From NCBI GenBank assembly GCA_949288095.1, contig CASEIX010000038.1, positions 1-54,135 of the forward strand: a DNA stretch of 54,135 bases, given 5' to 3'. A program made the position numbers and the translations under genes. A model generated the notes under the pieces. It had not been told where the DNA came from, ran no database searches, and was given only the letters and a program-made list of their open reading frames with translations. Every line of letters begins with the position of its first letter. Within the stretch, counting starts at the first letter, position 1. The DNA is from an uncultured Eubacteriales bacterium. Lineage in GTDB: Bacteria; Bacillota; Clostridia; TANB77; CAG-508. This document shows, piece by piece, positions 1-9,549 of this stretch.

Positions 1-126
1 AATAAAATTCTAATTATTAATATTTATATAATTTTATTTCTATTTTTTTTTATTTTTATATGTCTCCTTCTTTGTCTCTCTCTCTCTCCTACCCACCCTC
101 TCCCGCCCCCCCACGTCCCTAACGTT

Positions 127-1191
127 TCACTCTGTTAAAAATTCTTCCATTAAATCATATTTTCTAGAATAATCTTTTGTTTCTTCATTTGAAAGATAAA
201 CTTCTGATGTGTTAGTTTTTAAAAATTCAATAATCTCATAAACATCTATCCAAATTTCATTTGGACTATCTACTTGTGATTCGTCAAAAATAAGTTGCAT
301 ACCAAAATGTAAATGAGCAACATTTATATTATTTACATTTTCTTTTATGCTATATCCTGTCATTCCTAAATATCCAATAACATCACCTGCTTTTACAGTA
401 TCTCCTTTTTCTAGACCTTCTACATAAGGATGGTCTTTTCGTAGATGGGCATAATAGTAATATCGTTTTCCATCAAAACTCCTAATACCGACACGCCAAC
501 CACCATATTGATTCCAACCGAGTTGTTCAACTATGCCAGATTCTACTGCTATGATAGGTGTTCCGATACTTCCCATTAAATCATTTCCTAAATGGGTTCT
601 TTTAAATCCATAAGATCTAGAATTTCCAAAATCTTTGTAATGTGTAAAATAATAATTTTTGGCAATAGGTAAAAAGGCTTTTAATCCATATCGATTTTCA
701 AAAACTTTTTCATTATTTTCATTGACCGTTTCAATAGCATAATTACCAAGAAATCCACTTAAAACAGCTGAGTAAGCTTCTAAATAATAATCATAAAAAG
801 TTAAAGTAGATGTAAGCTCTTCCATAGTTTTACCATTTTTAAGATTTTCCACGATTTTATCTAAATCACTTGATTTAAAGTTTTCAAAATTTCCACCATA
901 AATGCAAGCTAAATAGGATAATAATTCAATCCAATTATAGGTAATCTCTTCATTGTTATTATGAGAATTGATGTCTAATTCAGAAGTTAATTTTAAAACA
1001 CTACAAGGGACAGTAAAATCTACCCATTTTATATAATCTTCTTCACTATCAGAATTCACTTCAATTGATTGCAGATGGTTTTTGATGAAATAGAAAATAA
1101 AAGTAGAAAATAGAAAAACAACTAAGATTAATATAGATATACATATACTTATGATATAATTCTTTTTTATATGTATCAATTTCATAATCAA
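127..1191 (-). CDS. M23 family peptidoglycan endopeptidase with N-terminal membrane anchor
   Basis: HLGND (HxxxD), YYYAHL and AHLHF (HxH) M23 motifs; GWNQYGGW segment; hydrophobic N-terminus. Confidence 0.9.
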   Translation of the reverse strand: MIMKLIHIKKNYIISICISILILVVFLFSTFIFYFIKNHLQSIEVNSDSEEDYIKWVDFTVPCSVLKLTSELDINSHNNNEEITYNWIELLSYLACIYGGNFENFKSSDLDKIVENLKNGKTMEELTSTLTFYDYYLEAYSAVLSGFLGNYAIETVNENNEKVFENRYGLKAFLPIAKNYYFTHYKDFGNSRSYGFKRTHLGNDLMGSIGTPIIAVESGIVEQLGWNQYGGWRVGIRSFDGKRYYYYAHLRKDHPYVEGLEKGDTVKAGDVIGYLGMTGYSIKENVNNINVAHLHFGMQLIFDESQVDSPNEIWIDVYEIIEFLKTNTSEVYLSNEETKDYSRKYDLMEEFLTE

Positions 1192-1208
1192 TCAAAACAC
1201 CTCATAAA

Positions 1209-1238
1209 AATATATGAGAATAAAATGAAAATCATGAC
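1209..1238 (-). promoter_or_regulatory. Possible sigmaE-type (sporulation) promoter of the M23 gene
   Basis: Minus strand GTCATG...CATATATT resembles the sigmaE -35/-10 consensus. Confidence 0.4.
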
Positions 1239-1375
1239 GACTACTTGTGGAGAGAAAAAGAAATCAAATACACCATCGTGAAATGTTTTTGGTAAAACTA
1301 TTTACGAAATTAGAATGTTATATTAAAATGAGAATGTAAAGATTATGAATAGAATATATACTAAATAAGAAAGGA

Positions 1376-1846
1376 ATGAGGAAGATGGATAAATACATGA
1401 AATTAGCAAAACAAAATGCAGAAGAGGGAATCAACAAGGGAGAAGGAGGTCCATTTGGTGCAGTAATTATAGATAAAGAAGGGAATGTTATTTCAAATGG
1501 AAACAATCAAGTAATCAAGAATAATGACCCAACAGCACATGCAGAAATTGTTGCAATTAGAGAAGCTTGTGAAAAATTACATACATATGATTTATCAAAT
1601 TATATATTATATACATCTTGTGAACCATGTCCAATGTGTTTATCAGCAATTATTTGGGCAAATATAAAAGAGGTGTATTATGGTTGTACAAAAGAAGATG
1701 CTGGCGAAATAGGTTTTCGAGATGATATGATTTATGATTATTTAAAAGGAAATAATTCTAATTTAATTCATTTAAACAGAATGGATAGAGATGAATGTTT
1801 GGAAGTGTTTAAAAAATATAAGGAAGCAGGGGGAATTATTTATTAA
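1376..1846 (+). CDS. guaD: Guanine/nucleoside deaminase (CDA-fold zinc deaminase)
   Basis: GGPFGA, HAE and PCPMC motifs; GFRDD tail typical of B. subtilis-type guanine deaminase. Confidence 0.8.
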   Translation: MRKMDKYMKLAKQNAEEGINKGEGGPFGAVIIDKEGNVISNGNNQVIKNNDPTAHAEIVAIREACEKLHTYDLSNYILYTSCEPCPMCLSAIIWANIKEVYYGCTKEDAGEIGFRDDMIYDYLKGNNSNLIHLNRMDRDECLEVFKKYKEAGGIIY

Positions 1847-1859
1847 AATAAAAAAATAT

Positions 1860-1892
1860 AAACCGTTGATATATAGATATATTCAACGGTTT
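1860..1892. terminator. Hairpin between convergent deaminase and tRNA-Arg
   Basis: AAACCGTTGA...TCAACGGTTT inverted repeat. Confidence 0.7.
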
Positions 1893-1895
1893 AAG

Positions 1896-1972
<77 letters not shown>

Positions 1973-2119
1973 ATACCTAATATTATAACGGTTTATCGTT
2001 AATTTTACAAGACTTTTTGTTGGATTTTTCAAATTATTTTCATTAAGGGAAAATAAAATTTTAAAAAAGTCTTGCAAACTACAAAAAAATGTGCTATTAT
2101 ATATAAGCATGAAATAAAT

Positions 2120-2195
2120 CGAGGTGTAGCGCAGTTGGTAGCGCGCGTGGTTTGGGACCATGAGGTCGCAGGTTCGATCCCTGTCACCTCGACCA
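2120..2195 (+). tRNA. tRNA-Pro(TGG), integration site of the IME
   Basis: CGAGGTG/CACCTCG acceptor stem, loop TT-TGG-GA, GGTTCGATCC, CCA end. Confidence 0.97.
2184..2195 (+). repeat. attL core
   Basis: TCACCTCGACCA, identical to 13558-13569. Confidence 0.88.
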
Positions 2196-2331
2196 TATTA
2201 GACCGTTTTTCAAGGAAATTGAATAGAATTTGAAAACAGTCAACAAAATTTAAAAGTGCTATTTTCTAAGGATTTTAGAGAATAACACAATTTTTTTACG
2301 TTCTAAAAAATTCTCAAAAATTCCAATATTT

Positions 2332-2395
2332 TGTTCAGAAAAATGTTCCGCAATTTTTAAAATCTTTAAAAAAATTGTTCCGCAAATTTCCGCAA
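2332..2395 (+). repeat. Integrase arm-type sites, left end
   Basis: TGTTCAGAA 2332, TGTTCCGCAA 2344 and 2376, TTCCGCAA 2388; same motif recurs at the right end. Confidence 0.7.
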
Positions 2396-2462
2396 AGCAA
2401 AATTCATTGATATTTAGCCACTTTCAGTGTTATTCAAAAAAACTGAAAGGAGAACTATTGTT

Positions 2463-3017
2463 ATGGATTTTATACCTTATAAAGTAAATGAATATCTTGA
2501 AAACACTTTTTATCAAGTTCCAAAAGAACTATTTACAAACCCTTATTATAAAAAGCTTAATTCAGATAGTATACTCTTATATGCTCTTTTACTTGATAGA
2601 CTATCTGTTTCTAGAAAAAATGAATGGATTGATGAAGATGGTAATGTATTTTTACTATTTGCAAGAAAAGATGTTGAAAAGAAATTAAAATTATCAGATA
2701 AGACAGTTACTAAAGCTTTTAAACTATTAGCTGAACACAAGCTAATATATGAGAAAAGATTAGGCTTTAGAAAAAAGAATATTATTTATGTTGGAAAAAT
2801 AAATCATGTACCAACTGCAGAAATTATGAATCGTAAAAATTACGACTCAAGAAACGGAGAAACTACGATTCAGGAGTCGGAGAATTTACGATGTAGTAAT
2901 AATAAGTATAATAAGAATAATTATAGTAATACACCCCAGAGAAAAAATTCATATTCAAATTACGAACAAAGAGTTTATGACCCTGAACAATTAGAAAAAT
3001 TATATTGTAATGTTTAG
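2463..3017 (+). CDS. RepA_N-type replication initiator
   Basis: FYQVPKELF..Y..L..DSILLYALLLDRLSVSRKNEWIDEDGNVF is the RepA_N signature; ATG 2463 follows AAAGGAG. Confidence 0.88.
   Translation: MDFIPYKVNEYLENTFYQVPKELFTNPYYKKLNSDSILLYALLLDRLSVSRKNEWIDEDGNVFLLFARKDVEKKLKLSDKTVTKAFKLLAEHKLIYEKRLGFRKKNIIYVGKINHVPTAEIMNRKNYDSRNGETTIQESENLRCSNNKYNKNNYSNTPQRKNSYSNYEQRVYDPEQLEKLYCNV
2828..2931 (+). repeat. Three 23-bp iteron-like repeats plus AT-rich tract inside repA (putative oriV)
   Basis: Units GAATCGTAAAAATTACGACTCAA / GAAACGGAGAAACTACGATTCAG / GAGTCGGAGAATTTACGATGTAG, then an AT-rich run; RepA_N origins typically lie within the gene. Confidence 0.7.
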
Positions 3018-3036
3018 AAAAAGGAGATTTAAAATT

Positions 3037-3429
3037 ATGGAAAATGTAGAATTAAAAGATAGATGTATAGATGAAAAAACAGGAATTGAATATATAAGAA
3101 ATGGTGATTATTATTTGCCAAATCTAGTATTAGCAGAACAAAAGAAAATAAAATTAAACAAATATGGTCGTTTAAGATTAGACTATTTAAAGAACCATAA
3201 AAAAGCAGAATATGCTATTTTATTTATGGATAATAAATTAACAGACCACTTAGAAGAAGTACAAGAAATTGCAACTAAAAGAGTAGAAGAAATTATAAAA
3301 TCATTAAAAGAACAAAGTAATTTAACAGAAGAAATGAAAAATACAGACCAACTTTATTGGGTTGGAATGATGAATAACTTTAAAAACCAAGCTGAAGAAA
3401 TTGTATTAAAAGAATTAATTTATGTATAA
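3037..3429 (+). CDS. tnpV: TnpV family protein
   Basis: YIRNGDYYLPNL, YGRLRLDYLK, WVGMMNN..AEEIV signatures; ATG 3037 after AAGGAG. Confidence 0.88.
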   Translation: MENVELKDRCIDEKTGIEYIRNGDYYLPNLVLAEQKKIKLNKYGRLRLDYLKNHKKAEYAILFMDNKLTDHLEEVQEIATKRVEEIIKSLKEQSNLTEEMKNTDQLYWVGMMNNFKNQAEEIVLKELIYV

Positions 3430-3550
3430 CCTCTATTTCTATTTTAAAAATTTAGGAATTATTAAAGAATAAATTAGCTTTTTTAGGAGAAGAAATTTAA
3501 AATTTTCTTCTCTTTTTTGATGTAAAAAAATTTGAAAGGAGCAAATAAAA

Positions 3551-4042
3551 ATGAGAAATAAAGAATTAAAAGTAACAGAAGAATTTACTAATTTATTTGA
3601 TTATGAATTAGTAATTTATAAAAATATTTTAATAAAAGGAAGAAGTAAAATTACTTTTTATAATTATATTATTGTAACAAGAAAAGGCATTTTTGCAATT
3701 AAAACTAAAACAATTTTAGGTCGAATGGTAACAGATAAATATAAAGTAAAATGGAAATCTTATATAGGTTTTATTCCATTTATTTTTACAAATCCACCAT
3801 TAGATGTTAGTTATAAAAGTTGTGATTTAAATTTTGTTTCAGATTGTGATATGGATAAAATCATTCCAATTTCAATTATAAAAAATAAAGGAAAAAGACA
3901 TTTTTATATCGATATGAATTACACACAAAAAGAAAAATTTTATTATGAATTATACCATCAAGAAGATATATTTTCTGATAAAGAAGTTGCAAAAATTTGT
4001 GAGCTAATAGAGAAAAAATCACTTGTTTTTAGTAAAATTTAG
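3551..4042 (+). CDS. NERD-like (PD-(D/E)xK fold) protein with degenerate catalytic residues
   Basis: IYKNILI...YNYIIVTRKGIFAIKTKTILG follows the NERD pattern IDhlvvt..GifviEtK...G but has N and K at the acidic positions. Confidence 0.55.
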   Translation: MRNKELKVTEEFTNLFDYELVIYKNILIKGRSKITFYNYIIVTRKGIFAIKTKTILGRMVTDKYKVKWKSYIGFIPFIFTNPPLDVSYKSCDLNFVSDCDMDKIIPISIIKNKGKRHFYIDMNYTQKEKFYYELYHQEDIFSDKEVAKICELIEKKSLVFSKI

Positions 4043-4072
4043 TCACACTTAAAGTTGGCACTATTTTGAAAG

Positions 4073-4207
4073 CAAGCATCGCATTTATACTCCCGTATAA
4101 ATACCGCTTGTCAGTTTTAATGTAAAACTGAATTATAGGGAATTACTTCCCCAATCCCCTTAATAATATAAGAATTTTTCTGGCAGTCTTTTAGAGAAAA
4201 GACTGTC
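4073..4207. other. Putative oriT
   Basis: Hairpins ATTTATAC-TCCC-GTATAAAT (4083-4102) inside CAAGC/GCTTG, TCAGTTTTA-ATG-TAAAACTGA (4111-4131) and a hairpin at 4182-4207, directly upstream of mobC; GCTTG resembles MOBP nic contexts. Confidence 0.65.
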
Positions 4208-4225
4208 AATTTTTTGTAAAGGAGA

Positions 4226-4558
4226 ATGAAAATTATGAGAAAAAGAAATATAAAAAAACAGATATGGTTAGATATAAAAGAAGATGAATTATTAAAAAGA
4301 AAATCAAAAGAAGCAGGTTTAAAAGAAGCTGAATTTATTAGAAGTTTAATTAAAGGTTATAGAATAAAAGCACAACCAACTGAAGAAATAAAATCTTTTC
4401 AAAGAGATTTATATGGTATAGCAAATAATATAAATCAAATTGCTAAAGTTGCAAATTCTAGATACAGTGTTTCACACGATGATTATAAATATATTTCAGA
4501 TACTTTATCTGATTTTATTTTAAGATTTGAAAGAAAAATTTATTCAAGACAAAAATAA
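4226..4558 (+). CDS. mobC: MobC relaxosome accessory protein
   Basis: N-terminal ribbon-helix-helix (AGLKEAEFIRSLI) and IANNINQIAKVAN motif. Confidence 0.9.
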   Translation: MKIMRKRNIKKQIWLDIKEDELLKRKSKEAGLKEAEFIRSLIKGYRIKAQPTEEIKSFQRDLYGIANNINQIAKVANSRYSVSHDDYKYISDTLSDFILRFERKIYSRQK

Positions 4559-4572
4559 AAGGAGGTATTTTA

Positions 4573-5904
4573 GTGGCAATTACAAAATATAAAGTTATTA
4601 AGAAAAATTTAGATGCAGTAATAAATTATGTGATGAATGGAGAAAAAACTGAAAATGGTATTTTAGTATCTGCAATAAATTGTATGCCTCAAACAGCATA
4701 TTCTCAAATGATGCTAACTAAAAAATCATTTCATAAAGAAGGTGGTAGATTAGGTTATCATATAATACAATCTTTTAATGGTAATGAAATTTCTCCAGAT
4801 AAATGTAATAAAATTGGAATAGAACTTGCTCAGCAACTATGGGGAGATAAGTATCAAGTTATAATTTGTACTCATACTAATAAGAAAAATGTTCATAATC
4901 ATATCGTTTTAAATTCGGTTTCATTTATTGATGGAAGTAAATATCATAACTCAAATGTAGAAATTGCTTTACTTCGAGAAACAAATGATGACATTTGTAG
5001 GAAACATGGACTATCTATAATTAAAAGCACAAAAGCTACTACAGTATCTGATATATCAAAAAGTAGAATTGCGAATTATAATCGTAATTCTGGAAAAATG
5101 GAACTAATAAAAGCTGATATTGATGAAGCAATTAAAGAAGCAACTAAATACCAAGAATTTATAGATCTATTAGCTTTTAAAGGTTATTATATCAAAAAAT
5201 CTAATGGTTCTATATCTGTTTCTACTCCGTACTATAATAGAAATATAAGGCTTGCTAGAGCATTTGGAGAAGATTATATTTTTGATAATATTAAAACTAG
5301 AATATATCAACCTACTTTATATGATAGATATTTAAAAAGAACTAACAATGAAAAAGTATATAAAGTAAGAATTTATGATGGTATAAAAATTAATCAAGAA
5401 AAATTAAAAACTTCATCTTTTTATAGATTATATGTTCATTATTTATATTTGCTTGGGAAATTACCACCTAAAATTCATTATGAAGAAAGAACAAAAGAAT
5501 ATTATAAAGAAATAGATAGATTTAATAAATTAGCAGATGAAATGAATTTAATATGTACTTATAATTTGGAATCAAAACAAGATGTTCAAAATTTAAGAAT
5601 GAAGTATATTGAAGAAGTTACACCTTTAAAAGCAGAACGAGGAAAACTAAGGCAGTTATATAAGAAAGCTACTAATGAGGCAGATAAAACTATTATACAA
5701 GCTAAAATAGATATTCTTACTGAAGATATTAACAAAATAAACTCTAAAATTCAGACTTGCAAACGAATTATTACTAAAGCTGAAAAAGGCGAAAAAGAAA
5801 CTATTTTAATAAATAATAGAGTATCTGAAAATCAATTAAATAGTGAGCATGAAAATTCACTTAATAAACATAAAAACAAAAACAAACAAGAGCTAATTTC
5901 TTAG
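4573..5904 (+). CDS. MOBP-family relaxase
   Basis: INYV (catalytic Tyr), GYHIIQSF, HTNKKNVHNHIVLNSVS (3H motif). Confidence 0.93.
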   Translation: MAITKYKVIKKNLDAVINYVMNGEKTENGILVSAINCMPQTAYSQMMLTKKSFHKEGGRLGYHIIQSFNGNEISPDKCNKIGIELAQQLWGDKYQVIICTHTNKKNVHNHIVLNSVSFIDGSKYHNSNVEIALLRETNDDICRKHGLSIIKSTKATTVSDISKSRIANYNRNSGKMELIKADIDEAIKEATKYQEFIDLLAFKGYYIKKSNGSISVSTPYYNRNIRLARAFGEDYIFDNIKTRIYQPTLYDRYLKRTNNEKVYKVRIYDGIKINQEKLKTSSFYRLYVHYLYLLGKLPPKIHYEERTKEYYKEIDRFNKLADEMNLICTYNLESKQDVQNLRMKYIEEVTPLKAERGKLRQLYKKATNEADKTIIQAKIDILTEDINKINSKIQTCKRIITKAEKGEKETILINNRVSENQLNSEHENSLNKHKNKNKQELIS

Positions 5905-5915
5905 CTCTGTTAAAT

Positions 5916-6383
5916 TTATTTACTTATATGCAATATTTTGAATATAAAGTTTTTAAATCTAGCAAAAAATGATTCTTTATATTCTATTAACGCTGTATTA
6001 GTATTGTTTTTATATGTTTCTATATTAGTAATTTCTGTATTCTTATTTGCCTTTTTAAATATATCATCTGGATTATATTTTTCTCTTTTTTCTAGTTCTT
6101 CCTTTTTTTGATTTAAATCTAATATTTCTTTTATCTTAACTTTTTGTTCTTCTGTTGCAAAATAATCTCTAAAAAGATTAACTATAATAGCATTTGCTTC
6201 TGGAGAAATATTTTGCTCTGATAAATCAATTTCTGGATTTATTACAAAAACATAATCGTTATCCTTATTATCTTTATAAAATTCTATTTTTTCTTTAGGT
6301 ATTTTATTATATTCTCCTTCTGGAAAATGTTTTATTATCTCTAATACTTCTGTATATGCTTTAGCATAAATTGTATTAATCAT
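5916..6383 (-). CDS. Uncharacterised 'AYTEV..KIP' family protein (partner of upstream repeat protein)
   Basis: Start overlaps the upstream stop by 8 nt; N-terminal ~75 aa align with 13597-13821. Confidence 0.8.
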   Translation of the reverse strand: MINTIYAKAYTEVLEIIKHFPEGEYNKIPKEKIEFYKDNKDNDYVFVINPEIDLSEQNISPEANAIIVNLFRDYFATEEQKVKIKEILDLNQKKEELEKREKYNPDDIFKKANKNTEITNIETYKNNTNTALIEYKESFFARFKNFIFKILHISK

Positions 6384-7188
6384 CTATTTCTTCTCCCTCT
6401 TTTGTGATTTCTGGATTTAATTCTGATTGTTCTACACCATTAGCCTCAGCAGATTTGATTGCTGTAGTCCCTTTTAATGCACTTTTAACAGCAGCTGTTG
6501 GAGTTATCTTTTTACTGTTTTGTTCTTTAACTTTGATTTCCTCTATTGCTTTTTGCATTCTCTCTTGTTCTGATGCACTTTCCATATATTTTGGACTATC
6601 TGAATTACTAAATTCACAAAATGCTTCGTGAACTGCATCTGTATTTCTAATTATAAAACGTTTATCATCTAATAAATCCCATTGCTGTTCATCTGAAAGA
6701 GTATCAAATTCTGGATGCAATAATGCAAAATATTTTTCTACCTTTGCGTGCCACATTGCTTTTTGCATTCTTTCTTGTTCAGTAGCTTTTCCCATATATC
6801 TTGGACTATCTGAATTACTAAATTCACAAAATGCTTCGTGAACTGCATCTGTATTTTCTATTATAAAATCTTTATCATCAAACAAATCCATTTGTTGCCT
6901 TATTGTCATTGAAGAATAACCTGGATGTAATATTTCCATATATTTTTCTACTTTCGCTTGCCACATTGCTTTTTGCATTCTTTCTTGCTCTGATGCACTC
7001 TCCATATATCTTGGACTATCTGAATTGCTAAAAGTAGTAAATGCTTCATGAATTGCATCTGTATTTTCTATTATAAAATCTTTATCATCAAATAAATCCA
7101 TTTGTTGCCTTATTGTCATTGAAGAATAACCTGGATGTAATATTTCCATATATTTTTCTACTTTCGCTTGCCACTCTGCTTGTTCCAT
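6376..7188 (-). CDS. Protein with three tandem 70-aa repeats and a charged C-terminal tail
   Basis: AGGAGG RBS; own promoter TTGTAA-17-TAGTAT (7267-7239); repeats WQAKVEKY...ERMQKAM. Confidence 0.85.
   Translation of the reverse strand: MEQAEWQAKVEKYMEILHPGYSSMTIRQQMDLFDDKDFIIENTDAIHEAFTTFSNSDSPRYMESASEQERMQKAMWQAKVEKYMEILHPGYSSMTIRQQMDLFDDKDFIIENTDAVHEAFCEFSNSDSPRYMGKATEQERMQKAMWHAKVEKYFALLHPEFDTLSDEQQWDLLDDKRFIIRNTDAVHEAFCEFSNSDSPKYMESASEQERMQKAIEEIKVKEQNSKKITPTAAVKSALKGTTAIKSAEANGVEQSELNPEITKEGEEIDD
6544..7173 (-). repeat. 3 x 210-bp in-frame tandem repeat
   Basis: Trp codons (cca on +) at 7171, 6961 and 6751, exactly 210 bp apart; units 1 and 2 nearly identical. Confidence 0.95.
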
Positions 7189-7380
7189 AAAATCCTCCTT
7201 GTTTCACAAATACTATTCTTCATATTTATTATATCTAAATACTACCATAAGAAATTTATTTTTACAATAAAAACTCAAATAATTCTAAAAAATATCGCTT
7301 CAGCAGCAATGAAAAAATCGAATAATAATTCGTTAATAAAGCAAATGAGGTGTTGTAATAAAAATAAAATATAGTAAAAA

Positions 7381-7409
7381 ATGGCATTTACTTTCTAAGT
7401 AAGTGCCAT
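7381..7409 (-). terminator. Intrinsic terminator of the abiE-kinase operon
   Basis: ATGGCATTTACTT-TCT-AAGTAAGTGCCAT stem preceded by an A-run on +. Confidence 0.7.
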
Positions 7410-7414
7410 CTTTG

Positions 7415-8713
7415 TTAAATAACAATTATTGGATCTCCTAATCCTAAATCGTTTCGTTCAAATTCATCATAGTGTTCTTCTAATGAAATAGAGATTTTTT
7501 CTTTTTCTATTATTTTTATTTGATAATTTTCAATGTCTTTTTCAATTTCTTCAATATTCTGATATCTTGATTCTGGTTTATCTGCAAGACATTTTTCAAT
7601 TATTGTATCTAAATTTCTCATATTTGAACTATCATAATTTTTATATAAATGTTCCCTATTTGTTCCTCTAGTAAACATTCCTGTTACATACCATTGAATT
7701 ACTTGTCCAATAGAATATATATCCATTGTTTTTTGTGGTAGAGTTCCTTTAATAGATTGCTCTGGAGGTGAAAAATTTCTATTTCCTAAAAGCTCTCCAT
7801 ATTTTGTATTTCCTGTAAAATCGTAATTTTCAGGATTATAATATGCTATTCCAAAGTCTGAAATAATAATATTTGAACTCTCATCTATTAAAATATTTTC
7901 TGGTTTTAAATCTCTATGAATTATTCCTGACTTATGTACTTCCTTAAAAATCCTACATAGCTCTAGAAATAAATTTATTGCTTTTTCTTCAGTTATATCA
8001 TTATTTTTTAATTGCCCCTTATATTGTTTCATAATGATATAGCTTATTATAGCACCTTCAAACTCTACTTCGTCATACAAATATTGTTCTACAATTCCTG
8101 GGATCTTTTGTAGAGTCATTAATACATTAATAAATTCTTCTTTAAATCGATTTCTTTTTCCTTCATCTTTTTGATATAAAACTTTTATAGCAACATTCTT
8201 TTTGTTCAAAGTACCAAATAATACTCTACCATTCCCACCACTATTTCCATCTGCATAAATATCTGTTATAATTCCATATTTAGTTGTTAATCCTTCTTTT
8301 TGAATCTTTCTACAAAATTGAGTAATGATAGCATTATATTCATCTTGGCTTATAATTTTTTCTTTATTTATTTCTGGTATTACTTGGGTTGAATAACTAA
8401 ACTGATTTTCTTGTTGTGCATTGTTTAGCTGCTTTTCATAACTTGTAAGTTTCTTTTGATTACTTATTATATCTCTCTGCAAATTAGAAATTTCTTTGTT
8501 TAATGTAGCATTCTTTTTAGATAAAGAAGCATTTTTTGATAAACAACTCTTTATTGTTGTATCACTTTTGGTAGTTCTAATCTTTTTATCATTTTCAGAA
8601 ATTTTTCTGTTATTATCGTTTATCTCTTTTTGCTTATCAGAAACTTTTTTATTAAGTTCAGCTATTTTGTTTCGTGTTCTTCCTATATTTGATATTAAAA
8701 TGTCTATATCCAT
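7415..8713 (-). CDS. Hanks-type Ser/Thr protein kinase with N-terminal coiled coil
   Basis: GNSGGNGRV, VAIK, HRDLKPENIL, SDFG, SPPEQ, DIYSIG; ~100-aa heptad-rich N-terminus. Confidence 0.93.
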   Translation of the reverse strand: MDIDILISNIGRTRNKIAELNKKVSDKQKEINDNNRKISENDKKIRTTKSDTTIKSCLSKNASLSKKNATLNKEISNLQRDIISNQKKLTSYEKQLNNAQQENQFSYSTQVIPEINKEKIISQDEYNAIITQFCRKIQKEGLTTKYGIITDIYADGNSGGNGRVLFGTLNKKNVAIKVLYQKDEGKRNRFKEEFINVLMTLQKIPGIVEQYLYDEVEFEGAIISYIIMKQYKGQLKNNDITEEKAINLFLELCRIFKEVHKSGIIHRDLKPENILIDESSNIIISDFGIAYYNPENYDFTGNTKYGELLGNRNFSPPEQSIKGTLPQKTMDIYSIGQVIQWYVTGMFTRGTNREHLYKNYDSSNMRNLDTIIEKCLADKPESRYQNIEEIEKDIENYQIKIIEKEKISISLEEHYDEFERNDLGLGDPIIVI

Positions 8714-8727
8714 ATATTCTCCTTCTT

Positions 8728-9549
8728 TTAGTTTTTAATTGTAGCAATATTTTCAAAATAATTTAAAACATTATCAATAACATCTTTTATAGGTATTTCT
8801 AGCCAATTGTTATTTGCTGTGTTAATTCTTGATTGAAATCTGTTATTGTTTAGAATATTTGTTAATCTGATATGTATATCTTTTAATTCATTTTCACGCA
8901 TTGTTTCATCTTGAAAAATTAAAATATCTATAAATTTTATTAGATTGTCCTTATCTAAATTTTCATTATTAATTAAATAATAAAAATCAAAAATATCTTT
9001 AAATCTTGTAGAAGTAATACCAAATTTTAATAATGATTTTAACTTTTCTACAATTATTTGCTCTTTAGAATTTATTAGTAAGCTAACACTTTCATCAATT
9101 ATATTAAAATCAAAATAGTACTCATCTTGCTCCATATCAAAGTATTTATGAACTCCAATATCTAGTTTAGAACTTATTGAATATTTATTTTTATCAGTTA
9201 GCTCAATATAAACTCTTTTTCCATCATAATCTTGATGATGTAATGGTTCAATCTTTCCAGTAACTTTTATTTTTACACCATCATCTGTATTGTTTAATTC
9301 TTTTATAAAATTAAGAATTGATTTATCTTCCAAAGAATATTTTATAAAGTCAATATCCATATCTCGAGTTGCGCGACGCATATCTTTAGAAATATTATGC
9401 ATTACAACTCCACCTTTTACAGTTATATTCTTATTGTATTTGCTATTTCCAATTTTAAGTAAAACAATATCTTGTGCAACTTTTGGAATTGCATCATCTT
9501 CAGAATAACCTGCTGTTACATATTTATTTACTAATTCATATATATTCAT
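8728..9549 (-). CDS. abiEii: AbiEii-family nucleotidyltransferase (type IV TA toxin)
   Basis: VKGG, RATRDMD, EKL and RFKDIFD motifs. Confidence 0.88.
   Translation of the reverse strand: MNIYELVNKYVTAGYSEDDAIPKVAQDIVLLKIGNSKYNKNITVKGGVVMHNISKDMRRATRDMDIDFIKYSLEDKSILNFIKELNNTDDGVKIKVTGKIEPLHHQDYDGKRVYIELTDKNKYSISSKLDIGVHKYFDMEQDEYYFDFNIIDESVSLLINSKEQIIVEKLKSLLKFGITSTRFKDIFDFYYLINNENLDKDNLIKFIDILIFQDETMRENELKDIHIRLTNILNNNRFQSRINTANNNWLEIPIKDVIDNVLNYFENIATIKN

Noticed and set aside
6544-7173. CRISPR array or DGR template/variable repeats
   Set aside because: In-frame coding repeats, differences not confined to adenines, no reverse transcriptase
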